64,000 nt of DNA from Octopus sinensis (lineage: Eukaryota): contig NC_043009.1 in the NCBI RefSeq assembly GCF_006345805.1, positions 9,982,001 to 10,046,000 on the forward strand, written 5' to 3'. The translations under genes and the position numbers were made by a program. The notes under the pieces were generated by a model. That model searched no databases. It was not told where the DNA came from and saw nothing but the letters and a program-made list of their open reading frames with translations. The stretch's first letter is position 1. Every line of letters begins with the position of its first letter. Shown here piece by piece: positions 63,091 to 64,000 of this stretch.

Positions 63091-64000
63091 AAAAAAAATA
63101 CTTAATGTGATCCACTGCTCGAAAGTGTGTCGTCCACGGCTGTTAAAAATCTTGAGAATTAGTAGAAAGTGGTGGGGGTGTGGTTGGAGGGGGTTGGGCG
63201 AGTAGGATATAAATGTAAGGGAGGTAACTCTCAAATATTGTAAGTTGAAACCGTAGCCGTGATATTGCAAGTTCAAATAGCTGCTTTTATTCTTTTGTAT
63301 TCTTGATTTCTGTGACACACAGCATGCCAAGCAATATGTCTTACCATTTTAATCCGGATTGCAATAAGGCATAAATTTCGGTTGGATGGAAAAGTTATAT
63401 TTAAAATTTTTAAAGCGAAAATCAGCCTAATTTCTATTCAACCTGGAGTCAAACTGTTAAAGGGAGTATTATCGTTTTGAAGTAGTGAATGTAATCTTCT
63501 GTCTAGTTTCACCTTAGTCCATTTAGTCCTTAGTGGCATTAATGGTGGGGAACAGTTTGTCGTGAGACTTTGGACCCGGTCTCGAGATTGCGAATGGGTG
63601 CTGCAGTTCCTTCTTTTTTGACAATGTAGTAGTAGTAGTAGTAGTAATAATGATGATGATGATGATAATAATAATAATAAAGTTTTAAAGTTTGGTCCAG
63701 GGTTAGCGATTTTAGAGAGAGTGCGTAACTGGTACTTAATTTATCGACCTCGAAAGGATGAAAGGCAAAGTCGACCTCGATGGAATTTGAACTCAGAACG
63801 TAGCAGCAGACGAAATACTGCAAAGCATTTCGCCCGGCGTGCTAACGTTTCTGCCAGCTCACCGCCTTTCACAGTCAGGCTGTTCTGCTGATCGAATCAG
63901 CTGGAACACTCATTGTCATAAGTGTTGGAATATCAGTAATATCTACTGGGCACTGTGTTAAACCCTTCACTTCTACCGAGCTCTGTTACTGAAAGCCATT

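Overview
This is AT-rich, microsatellite- and retroposon-dense eukaryotic DNA. The repeat landscape (tRNA-derived SINEs with internal (TA)n/(CA)n, RTE and CR1 LINE fragments, Penelope-like palindromes) suggests an octopus or other coleoid cephalopod, which is an inference. One host gene spans nearly the whole window on the + strand: an Elovl4-type very-long-chain PUFA elongase. Six coding exons can be placed exactly with GT/AG sites and a continuous frame (32371-32437, 34978-35165, 46668-46748, 53644-53815, 55758-55885, 60069-60221; 263 codons with the QxxFLHxYHH histidine box). The C-terminal exon was not found and probably lies beyond the window. A CpG-rich, CCAAT-box-containing region at about 1.1-1.4 kb is a candidate promoter and in-frame first exon 31 kb upstream. 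The rest is intronic TE debris: at least four SINE families, RTE/CR1 LINE ends, two dead mariner transposases, Tc1/mariner, hAT and piggyBac-type MITEs, three non-autonomous Helitrons, a probable solo LTR, fold-back inserts and a 1,542-bp tandem duplication. Almost all ORFs in the supplied track are repeat artefacts. The two most notable observations are (1) a 74-bp tandem array carrying six perfect GGTCAnnnTGACC estrogen-response-element palindromes just upstream of the ATG exon, and (2) SINE concatemers with the same junction at independent loci inside single target-site duplications. Both are hypotheses drawn from sequence patterns, not demonstrated systems.
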